A stretch of DNA of 64,000 bases, taken from contig NC_134032.1 in assembly GCF_964204645.1 (NCBI RefSeq), positions 12,264,275 through 12,328,274 on the forward strand, read 5' to 3'. The number at the start of each line of letters is the position of its first letter. Position 1 is the stretch's first letter. The notes below the pieces were generated by a model that saw only the letters and a list, made by a program, of their open reading frames with translations, made no database searches and was not told where the DNA came from. Origin of the DNA: Tubulanus polymorphus. Its lineage: Eukaryota > Animalia > Nemertea. Of the stretch, positions 1 through 14,600 are shown piece by piece. Made by a program: the position numbers and the translations under genes.

Positions 1-1827
1 TATAGATCATTTGAGGCTGGTTGAATTCTCTTGCAACATTTTCCTGATTTTTTCCCAGGAGCCATAAGTTCGCTTATTGATACACAGACATCAACTTCAC
101 GACCCCACTGACTTACACTTGAAACTGTTGATTTTAGAATAGAATTTACCAAAACTGTCAAACCCAGTACCACATTTGAACTGGGTCGAGAGACTTTCGT
201 CAGTGGAACCATGCACACACCCATGGACAAACATTTCAGCATTTCAACTAAACGAATTCTACATCAAATAAAGATGGCTACAAGGCAGGTATAGAGGGAG
301 GTAAGGGAAGGAGAGGTTATAATCGGAGGGAGGTGTTAGCAGACATTGTGTCACTCACCACAATCTTCTATCTGCAGTTCAACTACAAATTGAACATGAT
401 TTCATTACGCATTAATTAACCCCAATTAACATAAATACTAATTAATGTATGGATCTCTTCCATATTTAGACACTCGTGGTCAATATGGTTGCAACTGTAA
501 ATCCCCTGAAGGACATCATCAAATTAGGAAAGCAACGACAATCTAATCGTCAATTTTTGTTAATTTCGAATTACTGGGAAAATTACGTCATAGGGAAATT
601 TCTGAATGGTTGGTCATTAATAGCATTTGAAATGTCGACGCCATAAGGGAATTTATCGAGCGAGGCAGCCATCGTTTCTGGAAGGGTCTAATAATTCAAA
701 TCGTGCGATAAATAGAAAACAAAATATCATCGTACAGAAAAGATAAAAGCATGCGTGAAAATTTGAAAAAAAATTTCTAAGAATATTCTTCAAAAAGAGT
801 AATAGACACCACTGATGAAAATGTTAGATATAAATGAACTATACCTTAAAATATACTGATTTAGGCAAATATTCACCGATAAAATCCACCGAATGAAAAC
901 CGAATGTTAAAACTGTATTGAAGCAAGAAAAATTTCTGCGTTTAGAAAAATGTCATCGTTCAACTAAGAGTCTTTTCCCTGTACACCGAGAAAGATAGCT
1001 GGTCACCATTTTAAATCAGACTCTGACATTTGATTAGTCCCATAACCCGTGAAAAAAACTGCCATGACCATAAAGAAATATCTTAACAGTATGAATTTAA
1101 AATTTTCTGGCGAGAGAACAAAAACTTTTATCATAGGACGTTTCAATTTGTGGTTAACTCGTGAGAATTTTGATAACAAGCAGCTTTGGAAGTTCGACAA
1201 ACCGAAACTTGCAAATGAAGCATTAAACTGGTACCCTCCTACCACAGCGCCAAAATTACATGGGTAGCCTTATAAAAATCGTACCCATAACACCGACAAG
1301 GTATTGGTACCTAACGCCAAACTTTTAGAACCCTTTCATGTAACTTGACAAACTAACTGTGGCACACTTCCATGCCAAACTTATACTTGTACTATTGTAC
1401 TGCACCAGAGCTGGCCCGTTGTACCAAAAAGCCAACAACATGGTACCTAATATACCACAAGGCAACTGGGTACCCTATGCCAACCTCATACTGGATACAC
1501 TGGTACCCTATGACGATGCCGTATATATATCTTATATGTTTAGTACCTTGTACCACGCCAAACTTACAATGGTACCCTAATATGACACCCCCTTTTACCA
1601 GCACCCTTATATCGCAACGCCAACCGTTAACCAGCACCCGTTCACCACAATGCGACGGGTCACACTCCCAAGAGAACAAAATTGCGGACACACGTTTCCA
1701 AAAACAGCACCCTCTAGTGGTTGAAACCTTAGCTAATTCGATTCGTAATGCGTTCGCGACCACTAGATGGCGCGATCGTTTCGGAATACGGCGCAGCGCC
1801 GCGCGGTGATTAAACCTAAAGCAGTCA

Positions 1828-2052
1828 CTACACTCGTGAAGCGGGAATAGGCGCCGAACTTCCACCGTAAGATTGACTATCTAAAGAAGACGAGGAACTT
1901 CTCCGATGGTGATGACTAACCAGAGACGACGTCGTGAACAGTTTATACCAGCCAATCACAATGTTCGATAAATCGAGGTCGTCCAGCGATATTTGGCCGA
2001 CGCCCATGAACACTTTACGATCCATACGTCCGTAATCTCCCCAAACGGTCAC
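1828..2052 (-). CDS. RIMS: RIM exon 23, C2B end and stop (VTVWGDYGRMD...IGWYKLF...SRV*)
   Basis: ttgcag| phase 0; TAG stop at 1830-1828. Confidence 0.96.
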   Translation of the reverse strand: MTVWGDYGRMDRKVFMGVGQISLDDLDLSNIVIGWYKLFTTSSLVSHHHRRSSSSSLDSQSYGGSSAPIPASRV

Positions 2053-5000
2053 CTGCAATTAGACGAATACATTTGATGAGACGATTCAATGCAGAGATCA
2101 TTAGAGCGACTCCTAGTGGCGACTTCATTGACTAATAGTTGAGTTGACCGAAAGGGCTAAAAATCTAGCGGGTAAGAGGCGATATATTTGCACTAATGAT
2201 AGACGTTATCGCCATCTTTATGGTAAAGTTCAAACTAACGGGCAGCAGAGTCCATTTATACGCAATGATTTACACATTGCCGCCTATATGGTTATAATCA
2301 ATCAAGTGGGAAGTAGATAATTGTATACGGCTATGGAACTGTTTAATTGTTTGATTCAATCTTGTAGTTTAGAATTCAAAACTGACTAGTCAATAAAACT
2401 GCATTAAAGGACGAAGTTAAAACTGGTCTATAAATGACCCGGTATGAGTGATTCAGTTTAATCAACCCCAAATCTTAAGTTAAAACTGGTCTATGAAACC
2501 AGCCCCAAATGTGGATACTGTTGAATTAACCCATGCCTACAAGGGCGAAGTTAAAACTGGTCTTAAATGACCCAGTACAGTTTGATCAATGACCCAAATC
2601 TTAAGTTAAAACTGGTTTATGAAACAAGCCCCGACAGTGGTTACAGATGAATTAACCCAGATGCTAACCCATGCATAGTTGAATCATGGTTTTACCTGTA
2701 GAATTTTTCCGTTACTATAAGGTTCTAGGAATATAAGTTGTTGTTGATATAGAGGATCCAGAGTTCGGCGAGCTATAGTCGTTTTCTGTTTTTCTATACA
2801 ATGCTTATTTTCCATTAGATAAACCTTTACGTACGGAGCTGAAAATACAAACGAGAACATGGTATCTTGTTTAAACTAAGACATGGTGTCTTGTTTTAAC
2901 TAAGACAGGCTGTCTTGTTTTAACTAAGACAGGGTGTCTTGTTTAAACTAAGTCAGGGTGTCTTGTTTTAATGAGAGGCAGAGAAGTTTAGGATTAGTGG
3001 CAAGTCTCATGATGCCGTCAGACTCAAACCCCTGTGAAAATGAAGCTTTGTCTACCGGGAAGGGTTTCTTCTTTTGATGCATGTCTGAGGGTTTGGGATT
3101 TGTACTGTTGCAAGACTCATTATGCCATCGGGCTCAAGCCCCTATGGGTAAGGATGCAATGACTAGAACACGGTTTGTAATCTAAATGTAATAGAATCAG
3201 AGGGGTTTGTACTGTGATAGAGACTTGTGAGGCCATCAGGTTCAAATCCCTGTGAGGATGTCTGGATCAACTACTGCAGGTGTTTGTATGGCAGAGAGTC
3301 TTGCGATGCCATCAGGTTCGAATCCCTGCACGGGCAAATTTATAGGTTCAAATCCTGGTAGCGAGAAAGTTTCTAGGTCAACCAAAGGTTCTTTCATCTC
3401 TGGTCTCCCCCATCTATAGGAAAGGAGACCTAAAAGTCAAGATCAGCCAGTTCAGGAGAAAAGAAATTTACCTGGTAGCATTTTAGCCCCTGGTTTTGCC
3501 ATGAGTCCTCGCGCGCGGATAACTTCTACTTCTAAATGACCTTTACGATCGAATAAACCTAATTGAATTTCACCTAAACACGGCGAACCTAAAACCTGCC
3601 GCCCGACTAGCTGGCCGGGTCCGAGACCCTCGACGAAATCACCGAATTGACCCTCGGGACCCAAACGCATCGTACTCGGTAACCAGGCCCTGGAACGAAA
3701 CAACAAGAAAGAAAATTACTTAAAATGGACTCGATTCTGGTCAGAGTCAACTTTTAACGAAACTATCATTCATTAGAAAGACGGACAATTTCTGAAAGAT
3801 ATCTTGGAAATTCTCTCAACTATATCTCACCCAAAAACTTCTCAAACTCCACCCCACATCACCCCGCGGTACTTACACACTGACAAGATTCTATCAACCA
3901 CCCCTCACCCCAAAACTTCTCAAACTCCACCACACATCACCCGCGGTACTTACACACTGACAGATTCTCCACTCAACCACCCTTCACCCCAAAACTTCTC
4001 AAACTCCACCCACCCCCACGGTACTCACACATTGATAGATTCTCCACTCAACCACCCCTCACCCCAAAACTTCTCGAACTCCACCATCCCCACGGTACTT
4101 ACACACTGATAGATTCTCCGCTCAAACTGCCCATACTGCCGTCTGTTGACTCTTTACTGGCTTGTCTCGACATGCGCTGTCTCATATCAGCGGCCGCGCC
4201 GACCTCTTCGCTTCGATGAAACGATGTACGTTTATTGTTCTTTGAACTGCTGTTTTCAGTTTGACCTAACTGCGACGTGGAACTCGCGCGACGCGATAAT
4301 CCGACTAGTGCTGCCACCTTGTATCCGATACTAGGTCTACGTTTGCGTCCGTCTCCGACGTTGCCGACGGCCGAATCGGAAACGCTGCCATCGTTTTTAT
4401 CGTAGCCGCCGACATCCGTGTTACTAAGGCTACGATTTAGAGGCCGATTGTTAGCACCGCGACTTTCCATTCTGGAGGTGAATTCACTGAAATTGAAACA
4501 AACGGCGTTGAAAAATCACTTCAGTGTCTGCAAGCGTGGACCGCAGGCTTAGGCGGGTTGAACATATTCCAGTTTAAGAATAGCTATTTCGGATTACGAA
4601 CTCTTAATCGGCTGCTCCTATCTGGTTTATGCTGTTAGGTAAAGCATATTCCGGGCCAGAAGAGAATTGCAGAATCGTCAGAGACAAATCGAAACCTGCC
4701 TTAGATTTAAGACCGTTGCGAGCTCGTTTTAATATTCTAATAAATCAAGACCAATCTAAACTCAATAACTATCAACAATTTAATATAGTCTTATGAACTT
4801 TGACTTGAAGTCACAACTGCGCGACTGCGGCCTAGCCGGGTTAGCTAATAAGACTAGTTTTATAGACCAGGTGCTGCAGTTGGTCAAAATTTGGTTGGAG
4901 GTGACCAGTGGATAGTTCAAGTTGACATAGTGACAATAATAGTTTCATTGTTACTATAGTATCTATCTGCCCATTATTTTTAACTCAATTTTGAGCAATT

Positions 5001-5640
5001 GACCCAAGTTTTAACATTGACTCGAGGGTTAACATAACTATCCTGGGTTTAAAGTTGGAATTTAACTACATCAAAACTGGTCACCGAGGTTCCGAGGAGT
5101 GTATCGCGCGAAGGATGTTTCCAGATTTTTAATAGACGTACCTGAGTTTTTTTCTTGGTTTTTCTGACTGCGTCGAACGAACGCTGATTGTACTAATTTT
5201 TGATACTTCTGACATGTCGCTAGTTTCCGACGCGTCGCTCTGTAACGCGTCGTCTGACGCATCCGGGCTAAATTCTACAAGATACAGTCATACCGTGTCC
5301 ATGGTTATAGATACATTCATACAGTTAATTAAAAACCATTTTTTTTCAATTAAAAATCTAATTTTCTCACAAGGAAATCAACGAGGACCTTGCACCACCA
5401 GCTATCTGGCATAAATTTCCATAGGACAACCCGATAAAACTTTTGTTTACTTTCCTTTAACTTTCATCTATATTTCTTCTAGCCAACCACATAAAACCAT
5501 GTTAGAGCGGCTTCGAGTATCTCTGTCTTCAAGAGAAACCTCAAAACACATTTGTTTTCACCACATTAGATTTATTCAGTAATAAAGTGTCATTGATCAC
5601 TTGAGTGGATTCTGGCACTTAAAATACCATAATAATAATG

Positions 5641-5685
<45 letters not shown>

Positions 5686-8600
5686 CATAAGCCAAATTAC
5701 GTGTCTAGATAAATTTAGATTGATCTTAAGGGTTCAAATACATATATAGTGCTATTTCTATTCATTATTCATAGAATTTGAGAAATTATGGGTAGATGTC
5801 AATTGAATCTGAGATGAAATCCGGCATCATTATCTTGAGGGCACGCTAGCGAACAAGTTGGTTGCAAGCAGAACCCTCGATTGCCACATTCGAAAATAAA
5901 GTCCCCATTATCAATGATAACTATAACAAACAGTCATTGTTTGAGGCCCGTATGATACCATTTTGGTTCGGGAGTTATCCAGTTTACGGTCGATTGCGAA
6001 TGAACTAATTTTCACTCTAATAGCAAAACTGACTGTTAACCGCGCCATCTGGTGGCACAGCTCACACGTTGCGGGTACTCGAGCGGTAGAAGCGACAGAG
6101 GAGATAGATCGATATAAACGTTCGATGGAGCCTTACTTTTCATACCTTTAGCTCGTCGTCGATGTCGGTCGGTATAATCTCGTACGCGTTCACGACTCAC
6201 GCGGTCGTGATGGTGATGACTCGGTCGAGATCGATCCAACCTAGAAATAGATACACACAAATTCATGTTCCACTGCGAGAGGAACGTTGTCAGGTTGCAG
6301 CCACTTTCCGCCAATTATACGATCCCCTCAATGTTTTCCCTGATTTTTCTATGTTATCACACAAAATTCCCTGAGTGAATCAGAGAAATATCTTAAATGT
6401 TTCATTGAGTCACGTATTGAACAAAAAAATGTGTCAATTCCAATGAGTTTTCCAGGATTTTGGTAAAATTTGTCAAATTCCCTGAGATGCCACATCTCTC
6501 GAACAAAGTCCGTTAGGAACCCTTCTAGATAAAACGGACGGCTCCAAACACCAAGAACACTGTGATTTAGATATACTTGGAGCCACCCAGATTGGATATA
6601 CACGTGAAAAATCAAGTTCATCAGGAGCAAACGCTTTAGCAAGGGATAGCTCCAAATATCATGTTTTGGTATTCTCTGAGCCATCCAGTTTGGATAAATG
6701 CGTGAAAAACCAAAATCTGGATCTACATTATAATTCAACATTACAATTCTGTTGGGAGGACAATTAAAATGGAGATAAAAATAGATGGGATTATTTCAAT
6801 AGAATCTCAGAAAAAATTGACCCCAGGTTTCATTGCGTACCTGTCTCTGGAGCCGCGGTCGCTATGACGATCATCTCCCCGGTCCCACGATCGAGTTCTA
6901 TTATACATAGCTTCACTGTCGGACGACGGGGTCAAATTACCCGACGTCGTAGCACCACGATACTGATTCATTTTCATTTTCATCTTCATTTGCCTCGCTC
7001 TCTCCTCTAAATCATGAGTTACTAGAAAACAAAAACATGTTTGAAATTCAGCCTATGTTTAAACCCTTTCAGTGCGTCAACGCCGCAGTGCCATGTATAG
7101 ATCAGTGATGGACATCAAGGTTTAATTATGTAATTAGTAATTAGTTTTTATCTCTAATGAAAGATGGCAACAGTCAAACGCAGTTAAAGATTAGTAACTA
7201 ATAATACACTGCACCATGGGGTAGACACACTATTAGTGGTATGCCTGTTATTCAAGACACTGGGGTAGAATCCTTTAAACTTTTTCATTTATCTCCAATA
7301 CTGGAGATAATTGGTCAGCACTGAAAGAGTTAACTCTAATTGTCAATTGCCAAACTTATAAGAGATATCTTAGGCAAGTTTTGAATGGTCTCTACTCAAC
7401 CCGTTTCGGAATAGCATAATCTGAAACACCTCACTATATCAAAAATCTCCCATAATGAACCAACCAAAATTTTCTAGTTCATTTACGAATAATTGTACTG
7501 CCTCTACTACAGTGAATACCTCTCTACGGAGAACGTTTTGCCCTGAACCAAAAGTAGCGAGGTTTTAATGTTGAAGCAGCTGCTAAGAGTTCATAATCCA
7601 GAATTCAATCGAAACCTGCCTTAGGTAATGAGAATTTGCGTTTCAACGTGAAACCGTTACAAGCAAACTGACCGATCGGAAATGGCAACGCTTAGGCTAA
7701 AAAAAATTGATACCTTGTTTCTCAGCTCTGCTGAGCTTAAATGTTGACCCGGCCGGCCGCCTATCTACCCTATACATTACTTTTTTTAAAATCGTGATCA
7801 ATTTTACCATAACAGACCCGGCCGGTATAGAAATGAACTGTTTATAAATTTTATCATATTTTACAAAAATGACCCGGCCGCTGCGGAGAAACAAGGTATC
7901 ATTTTTGTTTAGCCTTACGAATCGTCCGAATGAGACGAGGACGACAATATTTACCTCTATCACGACTGGCTTGTTGCGCTTGTATTGGTATCGATGGTAA
8001 CTGGCGTTTTTTCGGAGATGGCGTACTGGTGGGTGTAACGTTAGCCGAACGAGACGGTGACTGTCCGGTCATTACTCGTATCGGTGAACCAGGTATCGTC
8101 GATCTACAAATACAATGTTTCAAGAAGTTAAAAGTTTCTTGAAGTTGAAAGGTGTACGATTACATTAATTTCTATGAATTCGTTTGGAAAATATTGCACA
8201 CATTCTAAGCGCTTTCTAGCAGCCTGGGGCCAGTTGCACAGTCGTGACTTAAGTCCAAAAGTGGTCTTAAATCTTAAGACTGGTCTGAAGTTGGCTATAA
8301 AACTAAGTTGGTCTTAGACTGATCTTAAGTCTAAGCCATAACTATGCAACCAGCCCCTGGACCTCGCACGCCTCAGACATTCGATACTTTATCACTGTTC
8401 TTACAATTCTTGACCATCCAGGCTTTGCGTTTGTTCAGCGCTATTTCAGCTGAGACATTTTCAGTTAAAAATAAACTACCAATACCAGATATTGGACATT
8501 CTATCAGCAGATATCATATCAGGCTGCTGATTGATACTTTCAAAAACTGATCGTCCACACTTCACATGTGTCCAGAACTTCCGAGACATTTCTGATTGAA

Positions 8601-11600
8601 AATGAACTACAAACACCAGACATTAGATACTTTATCGGCAGATATGATGATTGAAACCTGCTGATTGATCAAAATACTGACTCACCTCATTTCAGGTGGG
8701 GATAACGACCGCGACACCATTTCCGGTATGTGCTGCCGACCCGGAGACCTTGACCTCGTTCGCGGGTCGTGATCTTGTTCTCTGGAAGGCGACCTCGACC
8801 GCTGACCTCGATTCGGCACTGCAAGTTTAGGAGCGTTAGAATCATCCTCTGAATTGTTCGTGCCTATAATATTGATCGTAGAAGGTTTCCCGGGTAACGC
8901 CCGACCCAAAGTCGTTGTTTTTCTCTATCTTACTTTTTTCAAGCAGACGTGAGTTTTTAAAACGGTGCATTCGGTGAAATACTATAAATCTATATCGACT
9001 ATCGAGATCTCAAGTGATTTCGATCAGATATTTCGATATTTGGTGCCTGATTTAGAGTGATAATGTGTGCGATATTGCTGGGGATGGATCCAAAGCTGAA
9101 AAAGACCTCAAAAGGATGCGAGCACCAGTGGTGTAAGAATATGTCATTGACGATCATTGAAGGGCACCACAGATTCCACACCCTATATTTCAAAATAGGA
9201 CCTGCAGATTCTTTCCTTGTGTTAGAATTCAGTTATCAGATAAATAAGTCATTAAGTTATCCGTAGGTCGCTAGTTCATTTAACCAGGTCAATGAAGTTT
9301 TTTCAATCATCCCTGTCATTTACCCCATCACGAATGACTTCTCCTTACTAGTTTTGTGCCAAGTTATACATTTTACTGAGTTTCACAAATAATTTTACTT
9401 AACGCGATAGCGTTCCCTGGAAAAACCACAAATCCCTTAGATTCAGGAGTCCTGGCATCAGTAACCGGCACATCTGTTTATCAACCACTTACATTCCCCT
9501 GGTGGCAAATGGTGCAGTTTGGTGATAATTCAACAAAAGAAAACTAATTCTAACTAAAATCTCTCTTAAATTCGGATATAAATAATTCAATCACGTTAGA
9601 AAGTATTGATTTCGAACTGACCTGTCGTTGATTGTTGAACCCTGTGTCGGTTAGGAAGCGGAGACGACGGACACCGGTCTCGTTCTCGCTCGCCGCGTCG
9701 CGACGGCCGACGCTCTAGTTCGTAATCTTCACTACCAGGTGGCGGGCTACACGAACTACCGACCGAACTGATACTAGCTCCGTCTCCTCGTCCGACTATA
9801 CCCGAACCTAGATCCCAAACGGAATTCGATGTTTAATAAACTGACCTGGGAAGATTTGCAGCCCGGAAAACCGGGGAAATTCATTTTCAGGATCTTGGAG
9901 TTGCGTTACGGGACCCAGTTCCACAGTTCAGTGTTAAGATTTGACTCAGAGTTAACTCATCGAAAATGAACAAATTTTAACTCAGAGTTAACTCTAACAG
10001 TGGAACTGGGTCCAGACGGTTAATACGTATACTTACGGTACCAACTATTGTTGTAGTCATCATATTCGTCGCGGCGATGACGAGATTTCTACAGACGAGA
10101 AAAATAACATTCTGATCAGATAAATAGGAACTTTGGAGGCATATTTATGTCGATTCCAAGTGCGTATTTCGATTAGCTGTTGAGTACAAACGAGTTTATT
10201 CCCCGGGTAGCAAGTTCTCATAAATACACCAAGATCCAGTTTCACCAAAAAGGTTTAACTATTAAATCGATTTAATTACTTCGTTAATTCAGTTTATCTT
10301 AAATGAATTTAGGCCTTAATCCTTTTTGTGAAACTGGGCCCATAGTATGTGCCCGTCGTTTCAAAATGGTAGCACATTGAAAAAGAACAAAAGTTGTTAC
10401 TGTGAATATTTTGGTAATTCAACCGAAAGCGTATTTTATGAATCGTTGGAAACTTTAATCTCTTTAACTACTGCATCAACCGATGAGAAGATTCAACTTG
10501 TGGCAAGCGAGGATGAATAATACTTACAGCAGATGTAGGTGAGAGCGGGGTGGACATTTGTTGTTGGTCGTCAGAAGCGTGTATTTTATACCAATACGCC
10601 TCATCTCTTAAATCAGCCGTCGCCAGATCTATTACAACCTGTAAACAATCATCATCAAATCATCATCAAATAGATGTTAATTAATGGCTTTAAATTTGAA
10701 TCTCGATTTACATCTAATGCACAATAATTTGTGAGTCAATTTTGGGCGCAATTACCACAGTTTGTGAGTTAAGATTAGTTCATCCTTCAAATATTAAAAT
10801 TGTGTTATAATTTGTGTTATCATTAGTATCATTATTAGTAGTATTATTATTGCAAAGATTAGAATTATCTGAATTATCATTATTAAGGGTGGCCAAAAAA
10901 CCAGGGTGGCCACTTTCTGCCAATTTACAAATTCCCCAAATTTTTCCAGATTTTCTATGTATAAACACAAATCTCCCGAATAAATCCAAGAGGTTTCTTG
11001 GTTTAAAATGTTACAATTTATTCATTTTTATGAAACACATATTGATAAAGAAATGCACGGTAAATAGCATATCCATATTCCCCGAGTTTGCCAGGTTTTT
11101 TTTGCAAAATTGGTCAAATTTTCCCTAGATTTTTCCAATTCTCTGAGTTTGCCAAGTTTTTGGCAAAATTGGTCAAATTTCCCCTGATTTTTTTCTAGAT
11201 TTTTCCGATTCTCAGAGGTTTTCCAGGTCAGTGGCCGCCCTCTGTTAACCGGGGCGAAATCACGCGAACAATGCGACCAAATCTGTGTCTTACCTCTCCT
11301 AGGAATTCGCTGCCGTTTATTCGATCGTGATCCCAGATCGTAATTTCCAGCGCGCGTCCGTTTATTTCTCCCGGTTTCAACGGCGAATAAATCAACGTTT
11401 GATTCCACTTCGGCTCGAGCGTTTTCAAAATCGTCTTCGTTCGTCGTTTACTTTTCTCGCTATCGAAGAAAAATTCAACAAGTGACACATTTTTTTTTCA
11501 AATACCTCAAAATTCTATGAATTCGTTAATTTGAAAAAATATCAATTTTGCCTAATGGCAAAAAGGTTTCAATGTCAATTTCCTAATTCCAAAATATCTA

Positions 11601-14600
11601 CCAATCAGGAACAAATTCTAATTTTCATATTACATTTTTTTTTCAATATCTAAGATTTCAGGAAAACGAGAATTTTGTTTCCTAATTCTAAATTGTGATT
11701 CATTTATTTCTAATTTGAAAAATTATTCATTTTGCGTATTGGCAGAAAAAAGTTTCAATGTTAATTTCGTAATTCCAAAATTTCTGCCAATCGGGAACAA
11801 ATTCTAATTTCCATATTACGTTTTTTTTTCAATATCAAAAATTTCTGGAAAACGAGAATTTTGTTTCCTTATTCTAAATTGTGATTCATTTATTTCTAAT
11901 TTGAAAAATTATTCATTTTGTGTATTGGCAGAAAAAAGTTTCAATGTTAATTTCGTAATTCCAAAATTTTTACCAATTGTGAACAAATTCTAATTGTCAT
12001 TTTACATTTTTCTCTATATCTAAAATTTCTTAATCTAAATTTGGCTCGTATTACTAAAAATACTTCTTGTTAACCTAGAAATATCTTTGTCACCCCCGAA
12101 ATATCTTTGTACAAAAAAACGCATGGATACGCAATAATATTCATCCTAGAAACAAAGCAATGACGCAAAAATCTCATGGCAATTCTAAAGATATAATCGG
12201 AATAAATAGACTGAGTGACAAATAAATGATTCGGAAACATTTGATTGGAAGTAGTTTATTTTTGGGTGAATAAGTGTTATTTACAGAAAATAACCCGGAA
12301 TCAACTAACTGTTCGTAGAAGATAATCTGACCTTCTAAAAATCAGAGACAAAGTTTCCACGATCTTGATTAACAGAAGCTAATAACACCAACTGTGAGCC
12401 ACCCACTCGAAAAAGGATAGCTCCAAATTCAATGATTTTGGGTATATTTGTAATCACGCCTTTTAGATTCATGCTTGAACCAAAAAATGGCTCCAAGCTA
12501 TCATTTATTTTGATGACAATATCAAACCGATTATGTTGATATACTGCTTTACCTCCTTGTTCAAACAACTGATTTTAATCACCAACAAACTCTGATGACT
12601 TTTTAGACAGTTGCTATGATTCATTTTGAAGACAATATTGTACCCTTGATACAACTTCTTATTTTCTTGTTTTAAACACAACTGATTTTAATCATCTACG
12701 ATGAACTCTGTCTGAAGAATATTCACATCTTAACAAACTGTGACCAAAGAGTGACGACTTTCAAACACTTTTAGTTTCCCTTAAAACATGGCTTCAAGCT
12801 ATGATTGATTTTGAAGACAATTAAACCGATGCCATGGTACTGCATTTGTAACTTTCATGTTTTAAACGCGACTGATTTTAATCACCTACGATGAACTCTG
12901 TCTGAAGAATATTCACATCGATACAAACTGTGACCGAGTGACAACTATCAAACGCTTTTAGTCTCACTTAAAACATTGTTATTCATGCTATATAAGATTG
13001 ATTTCAGAGACAATTGAACCGATCATAACGTGTAACTTTGTTTATACTGAAACATAACAGATGCCACTGACACGGTTTTTTCCAATTCATTGTAGTTACA
13101 TAATGGAACGTCGATGACAAGTCGAATACAACAAATTCAGGGTGCCACGTTCTCCTTCCCGGCGCGAAATTCAACCAGTAAATATACATACCTTCGGTCA
13201 GGCAATAAATACAGTTTACAGAATGGATTTCTCGATGAAGTTGAACTCGGTTGAAGGTCGACTGCTGAAAGTACCGTTACTATTAACTGATAACTCTGCA
13301 TTTCATACCATAATTTCAACTGAAATAATTACAGGGAAAAAAAGAACTGAGTGACATATTTGCCAACTGTATACATTAAGGCGGGCGTCGGTCATTTTGT
13401 GGATACGACCGGGTTCAACTGGTTGCACAGGTTGACTGCTATGCAATCGTCAGTGACACTATAGCGTGACTGGGAGAGATGGTTGCATCATATCATAAAG
13501 TAGAACATGAACGCCTCGCGTGGTCGCATGGGCGCGCAGGTCTTCTGGTCTTTGCAGCACAATCATCATCTTTAAATTGTATGAAGGAATAGGAAGTGGG
13601 TATCAGGGACCAGTTGCTTAAAAGGTTTCGATTCAGATCTGAATAGCATTTCATCCATATAACTGCCAACTTCAAGTTAGCTCTATCCTGAATTACAAGG
13701 TTTATTTATATATGCCTGGGGCCATACTTATATTTTTGTGGCCCTTTTTTCATTAAATCACCCGAAATACTGGTAATTCTAGTTACTTGTTAGGGGGCCA
13801 CACCTTACTGTATGCAGAGATTCAGCGAGATGACTGGAAAATGTGATACAGTCTAAGTGACTTTCTACACTGTAAAATGGTTTTGTTGTCTAGTAGGAGT
13901 GATATATGGTAAGAAAGGGTTAACTGTAAACTGAGTGCCTGGTTCCATGAACACTTACCTGTATGCGCCCACTACAGATGGCGCTGTGTACCCGTCGTTT
14001 AGCCGCACCCGGCGATCCAGGTGACGTTACCGTCACGCTCGGACGATTTAACGTCTTATCTTCATTGTAACCTAGCAACGGAAAAATAATCGACGGTCAA
14101 TTTATAATCGGTTAATTAATCTAGAAAATTTCCAAAAATTTCAAATTTAAGCCTCTAATTTTCAATTTACGATCATAATTGAACAGAACATTTTGAAATA
14201 TTTGATCATTCGTAACAGACAAATTTTTCAAGAAAAATAAAGAATCAATTCAAAATTTTTAAGTCAACTGTTAGTAAACTGCACTCAATCGTTGTGTTAA
14301 ACAGATTAGTCATTGGCAAACCAGTTATCCTGAAGTCAGTCAATCAAATAAAGCTATCGATAATTAGTAAATATGTTAATCTATGTTAATTTCAGTATTT
14401 TCTTAAGTCAAAAGCGAAAAACCTTCATTCACCCGGATAATTGTGTTAATTTTGCACGCAGGATAAAAACGGTAATTTCTCTTTTTTAGATTAAAAATCA
14501 AGCTAGCTGTATATACATTTGCCATGGTTCCTTTTCTTGTAGCTGGCGAGAGGGTGGGTCCAAGCGGTAGATTTGTGCCCGCTATTTCATGTTAAAATTT

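Noticed and set aside
1372-1865. 145-157-aa ORFs
   Set aside because: They lie in the RIM 3' UTR region over degenerate GGTACC-containing repeats and show no recognisable domain.
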